Below, one piece after another: positions 23,622 to 32,976 of a DNA stretch of 64,000 bases; position 1 is the stretch's first letter, and each line of letters begins with the position of its first letter. The DNA is from an uncultured delta proteobacterium. Lineage in GTDB: Bacteria; Myxococcota; Myxococcia; Myxococcales; Anaeromyxobacteraceae. The notes under the pieces were generated by a model, which ran no database searches, was not told the DNA's origin, and saw only the letters and a list, made by a program, of their open reading frames with translations. Location of the stretch: assembly GCA_963766715.1 (NCBI GenBank), contig CAVYBH010000015.1, forward strand, positions 128,001 through 192,000, written 5' to 3'. A program made the translations under genes and the position numbers.

Positions 23622-24592
23622 GGCGCACCTCCCCGCCGGTGACCCGCGTGCCCAGCCTCCGCAGCCGCCCCCAGATCCCGTCGGGCAGGAAGCGGATCAC
23701 CAGCATCATGAAGAGCCCGTAGAAGATGAGGTGTCCCACCTGGAAGCGCTCGCGCACCGCCTCTCCCACGGTGGTCAGGAACACGGCGCCGATGAACGGG
23801 CCGGCCACCGTGCCCAGGCCGCCCACCATGGCGATGAAGACCATCTCCATGGAGATTCCCGAGGTTGAGCACCGCGTCCGGGTCGACGTACCGGAAGTAG
23901 AAGGCGTAGAAGCCACCGCCCATGCCGGCCAGGAACGCCGAGAGCGCCAGGGTGAGCACCTTGGCCCGCACCGTGTCGATGCCCACGGCCTCCGCCGCCT
24001 CCTCGTTCTCCCGGATGGCGACCAGGAAGGCGCCGAGCCGGGAGCGGGCGAGCAGCGCCACGGCGGCCATCGAGATCGCCATCAGCGCGAACGCCACCCA
24101 GTAGAACGGCGCCTTGCTCTCCCAGTTCACCGTGACGCCAAGGACGTGGAGCGGGGGCAGCGTGGTGATCAGGTAGCCGGTGGAGCCGTTCGTCGCCCAC
24201 TCCCAGTTGAGGGCCACGAGCTTCGCCAGCTCCGCCACGGCGAGCGTGGCCAGGGAGAAGTAAGGACCGCGAAGCCGGAAGGCGACGAGGCCGATGGGCA
24301 CCGACGCGGCGGCAGCCGCCAGGCCACCCATCGGGATGCCCCACCACGGCGCGATCCCGGACCTCAGGAACAGGATGATCGTGACGTAGGAGCCGAGGCC
24401 GAAGAACGCGGCGTGGCCGAAGGATACCTGGCCGGCGTACCCACCGAGCGCGTTCCAGGCCTCTCCGAGAACGGTCCACATGAAGACCAGGATGCAGACG
24501 TGGAGCAGGAAGGAGTTCTGGACCACGAGCGGCAGCCCGGCGAGCACCGCCCAGCCCAGGACCCAGGCGGCCACCACGCCACGCCGCCTCAT
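23602..24592 (-). CDS. livM: Branched-chain amino acid ABC permease; frameshift near 23860
   Basis: GYAGQVSFGHAAFFG, LRGPYFSLATL and AIRENEEAA motifs. Confidence 0.88.
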
Positions 24593-25455
24593 GACTTGCC
24601 CACCCCGAAGAGCCCGGAGGGGCGGTAGAGCAGGACGAGCAGGAAGATCACGTAGCCCAGCCCGTCCTTGTAGGTGGCGGAGACGTAGACCGCCCCCAGC
24701 GACTCGACCAGCCCGAGGAGGATGCCTCCGGCGATGGCCCCGGGCACCGAGCCCAGCCCGCCGAGGACCACGATGACGAAGGACTTCACGATCACCAGCT
24801 CGCCCACCGTCGGGTACAGGTAGAGGGAGGGCGCGAGCAGGACGCCGGCCGCGCCTGCCAGCGCCGTTCCCAGGCCGAAGGAGAGCGCCGCCACCCGCTC
24901 GACGTCGATCCCCATGAGGATCGCGGCCTCCTTGTTCTGGCTGGTGGCCCGGATGGCGCGCCCGATGTCGGTGCGCCCCAGGAAGAGCCAGAGCGCGATC
25001 GTGATCGCCACGGCGATGCCGAACCCGAGGGCGAGCGCCACCGGGACAGCGATCCCGAGCGGGCGCATGGGAGTGATGGCGTAGTCCAGGCTGATGGTGC
25101 GGTAGTCGCCCGTCCAGAGCAGGAGCGCCAGGTTGGCGACGAGGAGGGAGAGCCCCGCGGTGTAGAGGAGGGTGTTCAGCTCCCCTCCAGGGATGATCTT
25201 CCGGAGCAGGAAGCGGTAGACGAGCACCCCCAGCAGGAAGAGGAGCGGCGCCCAGACGAGGATCGACAGGAACGGGTCGAAGCCCCAGAGCTTCTGGCTC
25301 CAGAAGGCGCCGAACATCCCCAGCATCACCATCTCGCCGTGGGCGAGGTTGATGATGCGCATCACCCCGAAGACGATGGTGAGCCCGATGCCGATCATGG
25401 CGTAGAGGGCGCCCATCAGGACGCCGCTCACCAGGCTCTGGAAGAAGGTCTCCAG
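24589..25455 (-). CDS. livH: Branched-chain amino acid ABC permease (start uncertain)
   Basis: GLTIVFGVMRIINLAHGE, GRAIRAT and VVLGGLGS motifs. Confidence 0.9.
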   Translation of the reverse strand: METFFQSLVSGVLMGALYAMIGIGLTIVFGVMRIINLAHGEMVMLGMFGAFWSQKLWGFDPFLSILVWAPLLFLLGVLVYRFLLRKIIPGGELNTLLYTAGLSLLVANLALLLWTGDYRTISLDYAITPMRPLGIAVPVALALGFGIAVAITIALWLFLGRTDIGRAIRATSQNKEAAILMGIDVERVAALSFGLGTALAGAAGVLLAPSLYLYPTVGELVIVKSFVIVVLGGLGSVPGAIAGGILLGLVESLGAVYVSATYKDGLGYVIFLLVLLYRPSGLFGVGKS

Positions 25456-25461
25456 GCGCCC

Positions 25462-26686
25462 TTACTTCTTCGTGCCCGGGTCCGGGAAGACGAGCTTCGT
25501 CTCGGCGACGGCCAGCGGCCACACGTTGAGGAGCTGCCCGTTCTGCCACTGCGCCAGGACCGAATGCTCGTTCGAGTAGATGTTCTGGTTGGTGAACGGC
25601 TCGCCGGTGGGGCCGGTCCAGTTCCCGAACTTCACCTTCCCGAAGACGGTGTTCATGTCGGTGGCGGCCAGCGCCATCCGGATGGCGTCGCGATCGGCGT
25701 CGAGGTTCCCGGTGAGCTTCGAGCGCTTGAGCGCGTCGGCGATGATGTAGATGGCCGCGTAGCCCTCCACCTCGTGCTCGTGCGGCCAGATGCCGTACTT
25801 GGCGTGGAACTTCTCGTAGAAGGCCTTGGTGCGCGGGTCGTTCGGGTTGCCGGACCAGGCCGCCGACGAGAAGACGTTCTGCGCCAGGCCGCCCCAGCTG
25901 GGAGGCGAAGTCGGCCACGCCGAAGCCGCCGCCGAAGCCGACGAACGCGCGGGGCGTGACGCCCATCTCCTTGGCGTGACGGGTGAGGAGGATGGCGTCG
26001 GTGGTCGCGACCGCCACGAGCAGGAGGTAGTCGGGGTTGGTGCCCTTCACCTTGGTCATGATGGGCTTGAAGTCGAGCGTGTTCACCGGGTAGGCCTCGT
26101 CGGCCACGATGGGCACGCCCTTCGACCGGAGGAACTTCATCGCCGCGGTGCCGATGGTCTTCCCGAAGAGGGTGTTGTCGTAGACCACCGCCGCCGACTT
26201 CGGCATGGCCCCCGCGTACTCGGTGATGAAGGCGTTGAAGGCGGCCGGGTAGATCGATCCGGTGGGGTTGTTGCGGAAGACCCACTCGAACCCCTTCGTG
26301 GTGATCATGTCGGCCGACGGATGGTCCACGAGGTACGGGGTCTTCAGCCGCTGCGCCACCGAGGCGACCTCCATCGCCTGCCCGGAGGCGCGACCCCCGG
26401 TGAGAACCAGCACCTTCTCCTGTGTGATCAGCTTCTCGGCGATGGTGGCGGCGAGCGCGTTCTTCGCCTGGTGGTCCTCGATGACCACCTCGATCTTCTT
26501 CCCGTTGACGCCGCCGGCGGCGTTGATCTCCTCGACGGCCATCCCGTAGGCCTTCTTGAACTTGTCTCCGAAGGGAGCGTCGGGCCCGGTCATGGGCTGC
26601 GGCGCCCCGATCTTGAGGGTCTGCGCGGCGGCGGGACCGGCGAGCGTGGAGAGGACGGCGAGCAGGGTCAGGACGATCTTCCGCAT
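25462..26686 (-). CDS. ABC substrate-binding protein (LivJ/LivK-type, ligand unknown); frameshift near 25890
   Basis: Signal peptide; AVEEINAAGGVNGKKIE; C-terminus lies in ORF 25462-25770. Confidence 0.85.
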
Positions 26687-26729
26687 GTGGGGCACCTTTC
26701 CTTCAGCCGTGCTTCGGCATGGCCAGCGT

Positions 26730-27180
26730 GATACCCTTCAATAGGTAGAGGGACAACGGCTAGTGATAGCCTTAGTGAGAGTGTAGAACATGAAGCTCTC
26801 CATCCCGTGGGCGTGGAGGTCGCCGAAAAGAGACTGCTTCCAAAAAAGAAGGAGAAGAAGGAGATAGGGCAAAGGGATAGGCGACGTTAAAAAAGAACAT
26901 CTACACCTGGATAAGAGATAGAAAAATCTGGGCGTGGAATGAAGGAGAACGGTGAAGATAGAGGTAAAGTTAAAGTAGGGGTTATGGTTAAAGAGAGAGA
27001 TGAGACTAGTCGAGCGTAAAGGAAGAGAAAGAAGACGAGCACCGGCCCGAAGATATACTAGAGGTAAAAGGTAATAGAAGGGAGAGAAGTGATAGAAGCA
27101 GAGTCGGGCTGAGGAAGAAGCGAACGATGAGAAAGAGATAGACGAGCTGGAGGATGAAGAGAAACAACTACGCGAACTGA
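26730..27180. other. Low-GC, C-depleted, purine-rich segment (probably a garbled gene)
   Basis: About 41 C in 26821-27180 (360 nt, hand count) versus C-rich flanks; no coherent ORF. Confidence 0.8.
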
Positions 27181-27447
27181 GGCGACGACGGTGGCGATGA
27201 GGCCGCGGATGCAGGTCCCGATGAGGGCGGCTGTGACCAGTGGCTCCATCTCCGACTCCGGCCTCGGCTGCCCGGACCGATCTTCAGCGCCGCCGCCATC
27301 TCACCGCAGACCGCGCGACCAAGGGGTCAGGCGACGTCGCCGACAGCCGACGCTCATGGACCGACATCCTATGCAGGGCCCCCAAGGGGATTCATTGCGC
27401 GTCGCATCAATCCGGGCGCGAGTCCGCGGAAGCGCTATCTTGCCCCC

Positions 27448-27891
27448 GTGACCGACATCGCCCGACGCATCCCGCACGTCTTCCCTCGCTCCGATCTCGC
27501 CATCCTCCTCGCGCCCACGTACGCCGATTCACTCGCGGTCGACGAGGACATCGCGCAGGAGCGCCTGGGGCGCGCGCTGGCCGACCCGGCGCTGCTCGCC
27601 GGCATCCACCAGGCCATCGCGTCGGCCCTGGAGGACACCCGCGGGCCCCGCACCGACCCGGACGCCCAGCTCGACAGGATCTCCAAGAAGCTTCAGGCCC
27701 GCCGCTGGCGGGTGAAGGCCGCGCCCTCCACGCCGGCGGTCTCGGCGGTGATGGTCTGGCTGAACCTCGCCATCGGGATGGCGCCCGAGTCGATGCGGGA
27801 CACCCTCTCGTCCGGGAAGGGCGCGGCCATGCTCGCGGCCGGCCTCCGCGAGGTCGGCGCGAGCCTGGTGAAGGACCTGTCGCGCGGCTGA
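27448..27891 (+). CDS. Hypothetical protein
   Basis: 147 aa ORF with typical codon usage. Confidence 0.65.
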   Translation: MTDIARRIPHVFPRSDLAILLAPTYADSLAVDEDIAQERLGRALADPALLAGIHQAIASALEDTRGPRTDPDAQLDRISKKLQARRWRVKAAPSTPAVSAVMVWLNLAIGMAPESMRDTLSSGKGAAMLAAGLREVGASLVKDLSRG

Positions 27892-27898
27892 GCCGCCG

Positions 27899-28399
27899 CT
27901 AGGCGATCTTCTGGTACTTGCTCTTCGGGGCGCCGCAGATCGGGCACTTCTCGGGCGGCAGGCCGAACTCGAGGTCGCCGCAGACCGGACACAGGTAGAC
28001 GTCCATCTGGGAGAGGTCCTTGCCGGCCTTCATGGCCTCGAGGGCCTCGCGGAAGAGCCGGGCGTGGACCTTCTCGGCCTCGTTCGCGAACCCGAGCATC
28101 ACCCGGGCCTTGTGCCCCTCCTGGACCGCCTGCGCGACCATGGGCGGGTACATCTCCGTGTACTCGTAGGTCTCGCCGGCCACGGCGGACTCGAGGTTCT
28201 CGAGCGTGGTCCCGACGCCGCCCATGTTCTGGAAGTGGGCGAGGGCGTGGATCGTCTCCGCGTCGGCGGCGGCGCGGAAGAGCCTGGCGATCTGCGAGTA
28301 GCCCTCCTTCTCGGCTGCCCGGGCGAAGGCGAGGTACTTGCGGTTGGCCTGGCTTTCGCCAGCGAACGCGACGGCGAGGTTTTCCTGGGTCGTGGGCAT
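27899..28399 (-). CDS. rbr: Rubrerythrin
   Basis: AFAGESQANRKY, AETIHA, GETYE and EKVH motifs; rubredoxin CPVCG...CPICG. Confidence 0.95.
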   Translation of the reverse strand: MPTTQENLAVAFAGESQANRKYLAFARAAEKEGYSQIARLFRAAADAETIHALAHFQNMGGVGTTLENLESAVAGETYEYTEMYPPMVAQAVQEGHKARVMLGFANEAEKVHARLFREALEAMKAGKDLSQMDVYLCPVCGDLEFGLPPEKCPICGAPKSKYQKIA

Positions 28400-28456
28400 G
28401 CACCGACCTGTAGCACCGGGGGAGGCGCGGCCCATGATCGAGGTCAGGCGGCCCCC

Positions 28457-28496
28457 AAACGAACCGCGCCGCGGGGCCCGGAGGCCGCGCGGCGCG
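28457..28496 (-). terminator. Probable intrinsic terminator after the GcvH-like pair
   Basis: CGCGCCGCG...CGCGGCGCG stem with a TTCGTTT tail on the minus strand. Confidence 0.5.
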
Positions 28497-28521
28497 AAGG
28501 GGATCGCGGTCGAGGGGAGGA

Positions 28522-29220
28522 TCAGGTGCGCAGGAAGCTGTGCTCGAGGGCCTTCCACTGCGAATCGGTGAGGAGCGTGTCCGGGGAGCCGATGAGCTCG
28601 CCGCCGTCGGCGGCCGCCATGCCGAGCTGCGTCTCGTAGAAGATCTCCAGCCGCTCGCCCTCGGCGCGCAGCCAGCTGCGGGCCTGCTCGCCGAACGGCA
28701 GCTTCCTCCAGCCCTGCCCCTCCGGCGCGATGGCGAACAGCCACCCGCCTCCGTAGTTCTCGCTCTTCGCGAGCGTCGGCTCCCGCATCACGTCCGGATT
28801 CACCGCCAGGATCCTCCCGGACACGGGAGCCGCCACCCGCACGTCCCGTCCACCGCAGGAGAGCGTCGCCACCGGCTCCCCTTCCTTCACCACCTGCCCG
28901 GGCGACGGCAGCGCCACCGCGACCGTCCAGGGCAGGATCCGCTGCGCCAGGTCGTCGAGACCGACCTTCAGCGTGTTGCCTTCTTCCTTCAGCCAGGTGT
29001 GCCCCGGCGCGTACTGCAGGCCGCTGCGGAACTTCAGGGAGCCGGCCGAACGGTACCCCTGCATCCACAGCTTGATGGCCGAGAAGGCCTTCATCCCGCC
29101 CACCGCCAGCAGCACCGGCACCAGCAGCGCCGCCATGATGACCAGCACGATGCCGAGTCGCGCTGCGAGGCCTGCCGTGAAGACTCCGATTGCCGTGAGC
29201 GTGTCGAGTAGCGCGGTCAT
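28522..29220 (-). CDS. Membrane-anchored glycine cleavage H-like protein
   Basis: N-terminal TM; GHTW, VGLDDLA, APVSG and YGGGWL motifs; C-terminal DGG extension. Confidence 0.85.
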   Translation of the reverse strand: MTALLDTLTAIGVFTAGLAARLGIVLVIMAALLVPVLLAVGGMKAFSAIKLWMQGYRSAGSLKFRSGLQYAPGHTWLKEEGNTLKVGLDDLAQRILPWTVAVALPSPGQVVKEGEPVATLSCGGRDVRVAAPVSGRILAVNPDVMREPTLAKSENYGGGWLFAIAPEGQGWRKLPFGEQARSWLRAEGERLEIFYETQLGMAAADGGELIGSPDTLLTDSQWKALEHSFLRT

Positions 29221-29251
29221 GACGGTCTCCTGTGTTCCTGGCTCTGCTGCG

Positions 29252-29948
29252 TTACTCCTGCGTGCGGAAGAACTCGCGGGCCACGTCGTCCCAGTGCTCG
29301 GCGTCCAGCTCGCGCGCCATCCCGGGGAGCGGTGCGCCGCCGTCGTGCATCGCCGGCGCCAGCGCCATCTCGGGGGCGAGCCGCATCGTCAGCCGCCGGC
29401 CCTGCTCCTCCACCCAGTCCCGCGCCGCCTGCCCGGAGAGCAGCTGCGCCTTGTTGCGCGCCCACTTGCGTGGGGCGGACCTTGAAGAGCCAGCCCGTCC
29501 CGTAGGCCTCGCCTTCGCGAGCCGCCGGGTTCGACGCCACCACCTCGCCGTCCACCGGCGAGAGCAGCCCGATCTTCTTGCCTGCCGCCTCCAGCGTCAC
29601 GGCCGCGGCGCCCTGCTCCACCTTGATGCCGGCCGCGGGCAGCTGGATGCCGTCGAGCGCGCCGACCATCCGGTGCCCGAGGTCGTCGAGGCCGACCGCC
29701 ACCGTTCCGTCGCTCTCCATCCGCGCCCAGGTGTGCCCCGGGTGCAGCGCGACGTCGGCGGGAACCGTGAACCAGCCGGCGGTGACCGCCTTGGCCAGCT
29801 CCGGGGTCTTCGCGGCGACGGCGGCGACGGCCTTCTTGCCGCCGTGGATGAAGCCCCAGAACCCGACGAAGAGGATCAGGTAGGCGACTGCGACACCGTA
29901 TTCGACCAGCTTGGCGGAGTATCCGGCGAGGAATTCGTTTCCGTGCAT
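29252..29948 (-). CDS. Membrane-anchored glycine cleavage H-like protein; frameshift near 29470
   Basis: N-terminal TM; HPGHTWA, VGLDD, SPVDG and YGTGWL motifs; shifted C-terminus MHDGG...EFFRTQE*. Confidence 0.83.
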
Positions 29949-29996
29949 GGCGTCTCTCGGTGTTCTTCGGTGGCGGTGAGTGGACGAGGACCGGGA

Positions 29997-30065
29997 CTAG
30001 GGGATCCGGTTCAGGAAGGCGACGACGACGATTCCGACGATGGCGAATGCGGTGGCGGCGATCAT
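29997..30065 (-). CDS. Very small hydrophobic protein, 22 aa (MIAATAFAIVGIVVVAFLNRIP)
   Basis: GAGGAG RBS; lies between the sigma-54 promoter and the first GcvH-like gene. Confidence 0.5.
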   Translation of the reverse strand: MIAATAFAIVGIVVVAFLNRIP

Positions 30066-30128
30066 GGTGGCTCCTCGGGGTGCTTCGGTTTGGCTTCCGT
30101 TCGGCCTTGCTTCGTTGATGACTGCTTT

Positions 30129-30144
30129 CGCAACAGTCGCGCCA
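30129..30144 (-). promoter_or_regulatory. Sigma-54 (-24/-12) promoter
   Basis: TGGCGCGACTGTTGCG on the minus strand = GG-N10-GC, near consensus TGGCACG-N4-TTGC. Confidence 0.7.
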
Positions 30145-30462
30145 AGTCCGGGCTCCGAGAGCGGCGCGGCGAAAACACGCGCAGTCGCGGGCTGTTGCGA
30201 GCCGCTCCTCCGAGGCCTCGACCGACTGTAGGAATTCTCGCCGGTGAGGATCCCGCCGCGAAAACCGGCCTGGATCGACTCCAACCCCTCAGGATCCCAG
30301 GGGGATCATCGACTCACCCGGTCCTGTCACGATTCTCTGCGACTCGATGGAATCCTCTGCACCTCGCAGGGGCGTTCCCACCTCCGGGATATGGACCTCA
30401 CCTCGGGTGTATTGAAATCCTACGTGAAGATTCCGGCCTGGCTGCCAGCCGGGGGAGGCGCG

Positions 30463-31038
30463 ATGGGCAAGTCACGACTGGAAGCGTTCAGCGACGGCGT
30501 CTTCGCCATCCTCATCACCATCATGGTGCTGGAGCTGAAGGTCCCGCACGGGGCGGACTGGGCGGCCCTCGCGCCGCTCGTCCCCGTCTTCACGGCCTAC
30601 GTGCTGTCCTTCGTCTACCTGGGCATCTACTGGAGCAACCACCATCACATGCTCCACGCCACCCAGCGGGTGACGGGGGGCATCCTGTGGGCCAACCTGC
30701 ACCTGCTCTTCTGGCTCTCCCTCATCACCTTCGCGACCGGATGGATGGGGGAGAACCACTTCGCCTCCCTGCCCACCGCCCTGTACGGGGGCGTGCTGCT
30801 CGGCTCGGCCTTCGCCTACTGGGTCCTCCAGAACACCATCCTCGCCCAGGAGGGGCCCGACTCCCCCCTCGCCCGGGCCGTCGGGAAGGACTGGAAGGGG
30901 AAGCTCTCGATCCTCCTCTACGCCGCGGCCATCCCGCTGGCCTTCGTGGAGGAGTGGATCTCCGACGCGATCTACCTGGCGGTGGCGCTGATGTGGCTCG
31001 TTCCGGACCGCCGCATCGAGAGGCGGATCGCCGCCTGA
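30463..31038 (+). CDS. TMEM175-family potassium channel (DUF1211)
   Basis: RLEAFSDGVFAILITIMVLEL and YWSNHHH motifs. Confidence 0.92.
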   Translation: MGKSRLEAFSDGVFAILITIMVLELKVPHGADWAALAPLVPVFTAYVLSFVYLGIYWSNHHHMLHATQRVTGGILWANLHLLFWLSLITFATGWMGENHFASLPTALYGGVLLGSAFAYWVLQNTILAQEGPDSPLARAVGKDWKGKLSILLYAAAIPLAFVEEWISDAIYLAVALMWLVPDRRIERRIAA

Positions 31039-31110
31039 CCCCGCCTGACCCCATCCGGGTCTGAGCTCCCCCTCGCCCCGGACGCGCACAATCGGGGTGG
31101 TGGGGGAAAC

Positions 31111-32238
31111 ATGGTCTTCGCGAGGACCCTCGTCGCGCTCGCCTACCTCCAGGCCGAGACCGCGGCGTATCTCTCGATGAACCGGCTGGGCGCGCTGCGC
31201 CGCTCGGTGCCGCTCCTCACCCCGGCGGACCGCGTGATCCCGCTGCGGCCGCGCTCCCTCTGGCTCTACCTGTCGTTCGTCCCCTTCTGCCTGGCGGCCA
31301 TCCACGACGTCCGGAGCATCCCGCGCATGGTCCGCATGATGGCCTGCCTGGTGCTCGCGACGCTCGTCTCCTACCGATCCTTCCTCCGCTTCCCTTCGTC
31401 CTATCCGCGGCCGGACGTGGAGCTGGACGTCGACGACCCGCGGCTCGCCGGGGCGTGGCGGTCGCTCCGCGCGATCGACCTGCCGGGCAACACCTTCCCC
31501 AGCGTTCACGTCGGCCACGCCTTCCTGCTCGCGCTCATGCTGGCGCCGGAGCTTCCGGAGGAGGAGGGCGAGGCGCGCATCCTCTGGGCGATCCTCATCT
31601 CGCTCTCCACGCTCACCACCAAGCAGCACTACCTCGTCGACATCGCGGGCGGGATTGTCGTGGCCGAGACCGTGGCCGGCCGGATCTTCGAGCCCTGGGA
31701 GGCCGGGCGGCTCGGCTGGCGCGGCGCATGGCGGGAGGTGCGCGCCCTCTGCGGGCGGCTCGACGCCATGGCCCGCGCCCCGCTCGCCTGCCGGCTGCGG
31801 GCCGGCGAGCGCCATCCCCGCCTGCGCTCCGTCCTCCGGGCCTTCTCGCGGCACGGCAGCCTGCTCGAGGCCTGCTCGCACTCGAACGCCGACGGCCATC
31901 TCCTCGAGGGCCGGGGCCCGCTCGTGGACGGCCTGCGCCTCCTGCGCGGCGTCACGGCCGTGCTGGCCGTCGCGTCCCCGGGGTGGATCCAGTTCGTGCG
32001 CCCGTTCCAGGAGGTCGAGCCCCACCTGACCCTGGAGGCGGTGCGCGCCTACCTCCAGGAGCTCGACCTCGACCTGGGCGTCGCCCTGCGGGCGCTGGTG
32101 GACTTCTCCGCCGGCGGCGCACCCGACGCCGCGTCACCCGAGCAGGCTCCAGGCCATCGCCCCGACGAGCGGGGCGACGAAGTAGACGAACCCGGCCACC
32201 CGGAGCCGGCGGCCGTTCCACTCGGAGGGATTCCGTAG
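31111..32238 (+). CDS. PAP2-superfamily membrane phosphatase/phosphotransferase with a C-terminal extension
   Basis: NTFPSVHV and STLTTKQHYLVD motifs; TM helices. Confidence 0.75.
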   Translation: MVFARTLVALAYLQAETAAYLSMNRLGALRRSVPLLTPADRVIPLRPRSLWLYLSFVPFCLAAIHDVRSIPRMVRMMACLVLATLVSYRSFLRFPSSYPRPDVELDVDDPRLAGAWRSLRAIDLPGNTFPSVHVGHAFLLALMLAPELPEEEGEARILWAILISLSTLTTKQHYLVDIAGGIVVAETVAGRIFEPWEAGRLGWRGAWREVRALCGRLDAMARAPLACRLRAGERHPRLRSVLRAFSRHGSLLEACSHSNADGHLLEGRGPLVDGLRLLRGVTAVLAVASPGWIQFVRPFQEVEPHLTLEAVRAYLQELDLDLGVALRALVDFSAGGAPDAASPEQAPGHRPDERGDEVDEPGHPEPAAVPLGGIP

Positions 32239-32976
32239 GAGCGAGGCGAAGCGCGAGGCGAGCACCAGCCCGGCCGGCGCCGCGATGGCCGCGAAGAGGG
32301 GATCCGGCCGCGCGATCTCCGACGCCGCCGCGGCGACCAGGCTGGCGACGAAGAAGCCCACGCCCCATCGCGCCCGCGTCCGCGGCGACAGCGGGTCTCG
32401 CAGCGGCGCCGGCATGCCGGCCTCCTCCTCGATGCCGTGCCCGAGATCGTGGGCCACCGCCCCGGTCCAGGCGAAGATCGCGACGAGGATCCCGCCGACC
32501 GTGGCCACGCCCAGGCCGATGGGGCCGAGGAGCACCAGCGCCGGGAAGACCAGGTTCACCATCGGTGGACCGAGCAACGGCGGGAGCCGGGGCCGCAGCG
32601 CGTGCCAGGCGAGCCCGGCGGCGACGCAGGCGGCCGCCCAGGCGCCCGAGCGGAACGAGAGCGCGAAGGCGCCGGCCAGCCCGAGCGCGCCCGCGGCGAG
32701 CGCGACGCGGCGGAGGAGCCGTGCCGGGAGGCGCCCCGAGGGCAGGACCCGCTCCGGCCGCCTCACCCGATCGCGAGCCACGTCGGCGAGATCGTCCCAG
32801 GCGCGCGCCGCCAGCAGCAGCAGCCAGCCGCACGCGACGAGCCAGGGGAGCCTTCCCCAGGCGCCCGGCGGGAGGCAGGCGCCGCAGAGCACGACGGCGA
32901 GCGGCACCGACACGTCGAGCGGGAATCGCTCCCGCACCCAGGCGCCGAGCGCCCTCGCGGCGCCGGGGTCAGCCAT
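32134..32976 (-). CDS. UbiA-like membrane prenyltransferase
   Basis: RAWDDLADVARDRVRRPERVLPSG (Asp-rich motif plus RP.PSG); multi-TM; coupled to the upstream gene. Confidence 0.7.
   Translation of the reverse strand: MADPGAARALGAWVRERFPLDVSVPLAVVLCGACLPPGAWGRLPWLVACGWLLLLAARAWDDLADVARDRVRRPERVLPSGRLPARLLRRVALAAGALGLAGAFALSFRSGAWAAACVAAGLAWHALRPRLPPLLGPPMVNLVFPALVLLGPIGLGVATVGGILVAIFAWTGAVAHDLGHGIEEEAGMPAPLRDPLSPRTRARWGVGFFVASLVAAAASEIARPDPLFAAIAAPAGLVLASRFASLLRNPSEWNGRRLRVAGFVYFVAPLVGAMAWSLLG

Noticed and set aside
26730..27180. Mobile element, DGR variable region or ncRNA
   Set aside because: No terminal repeats, transposase, reverse transcriptase, template repeat or pairing potential was seen
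28522..29948. Calling these genes gcvH of a glycine cleavage system
   Set aside because: They have TM anchors and a non-canonical lipoyl motif, and there is no gcvP/gcvT in the window
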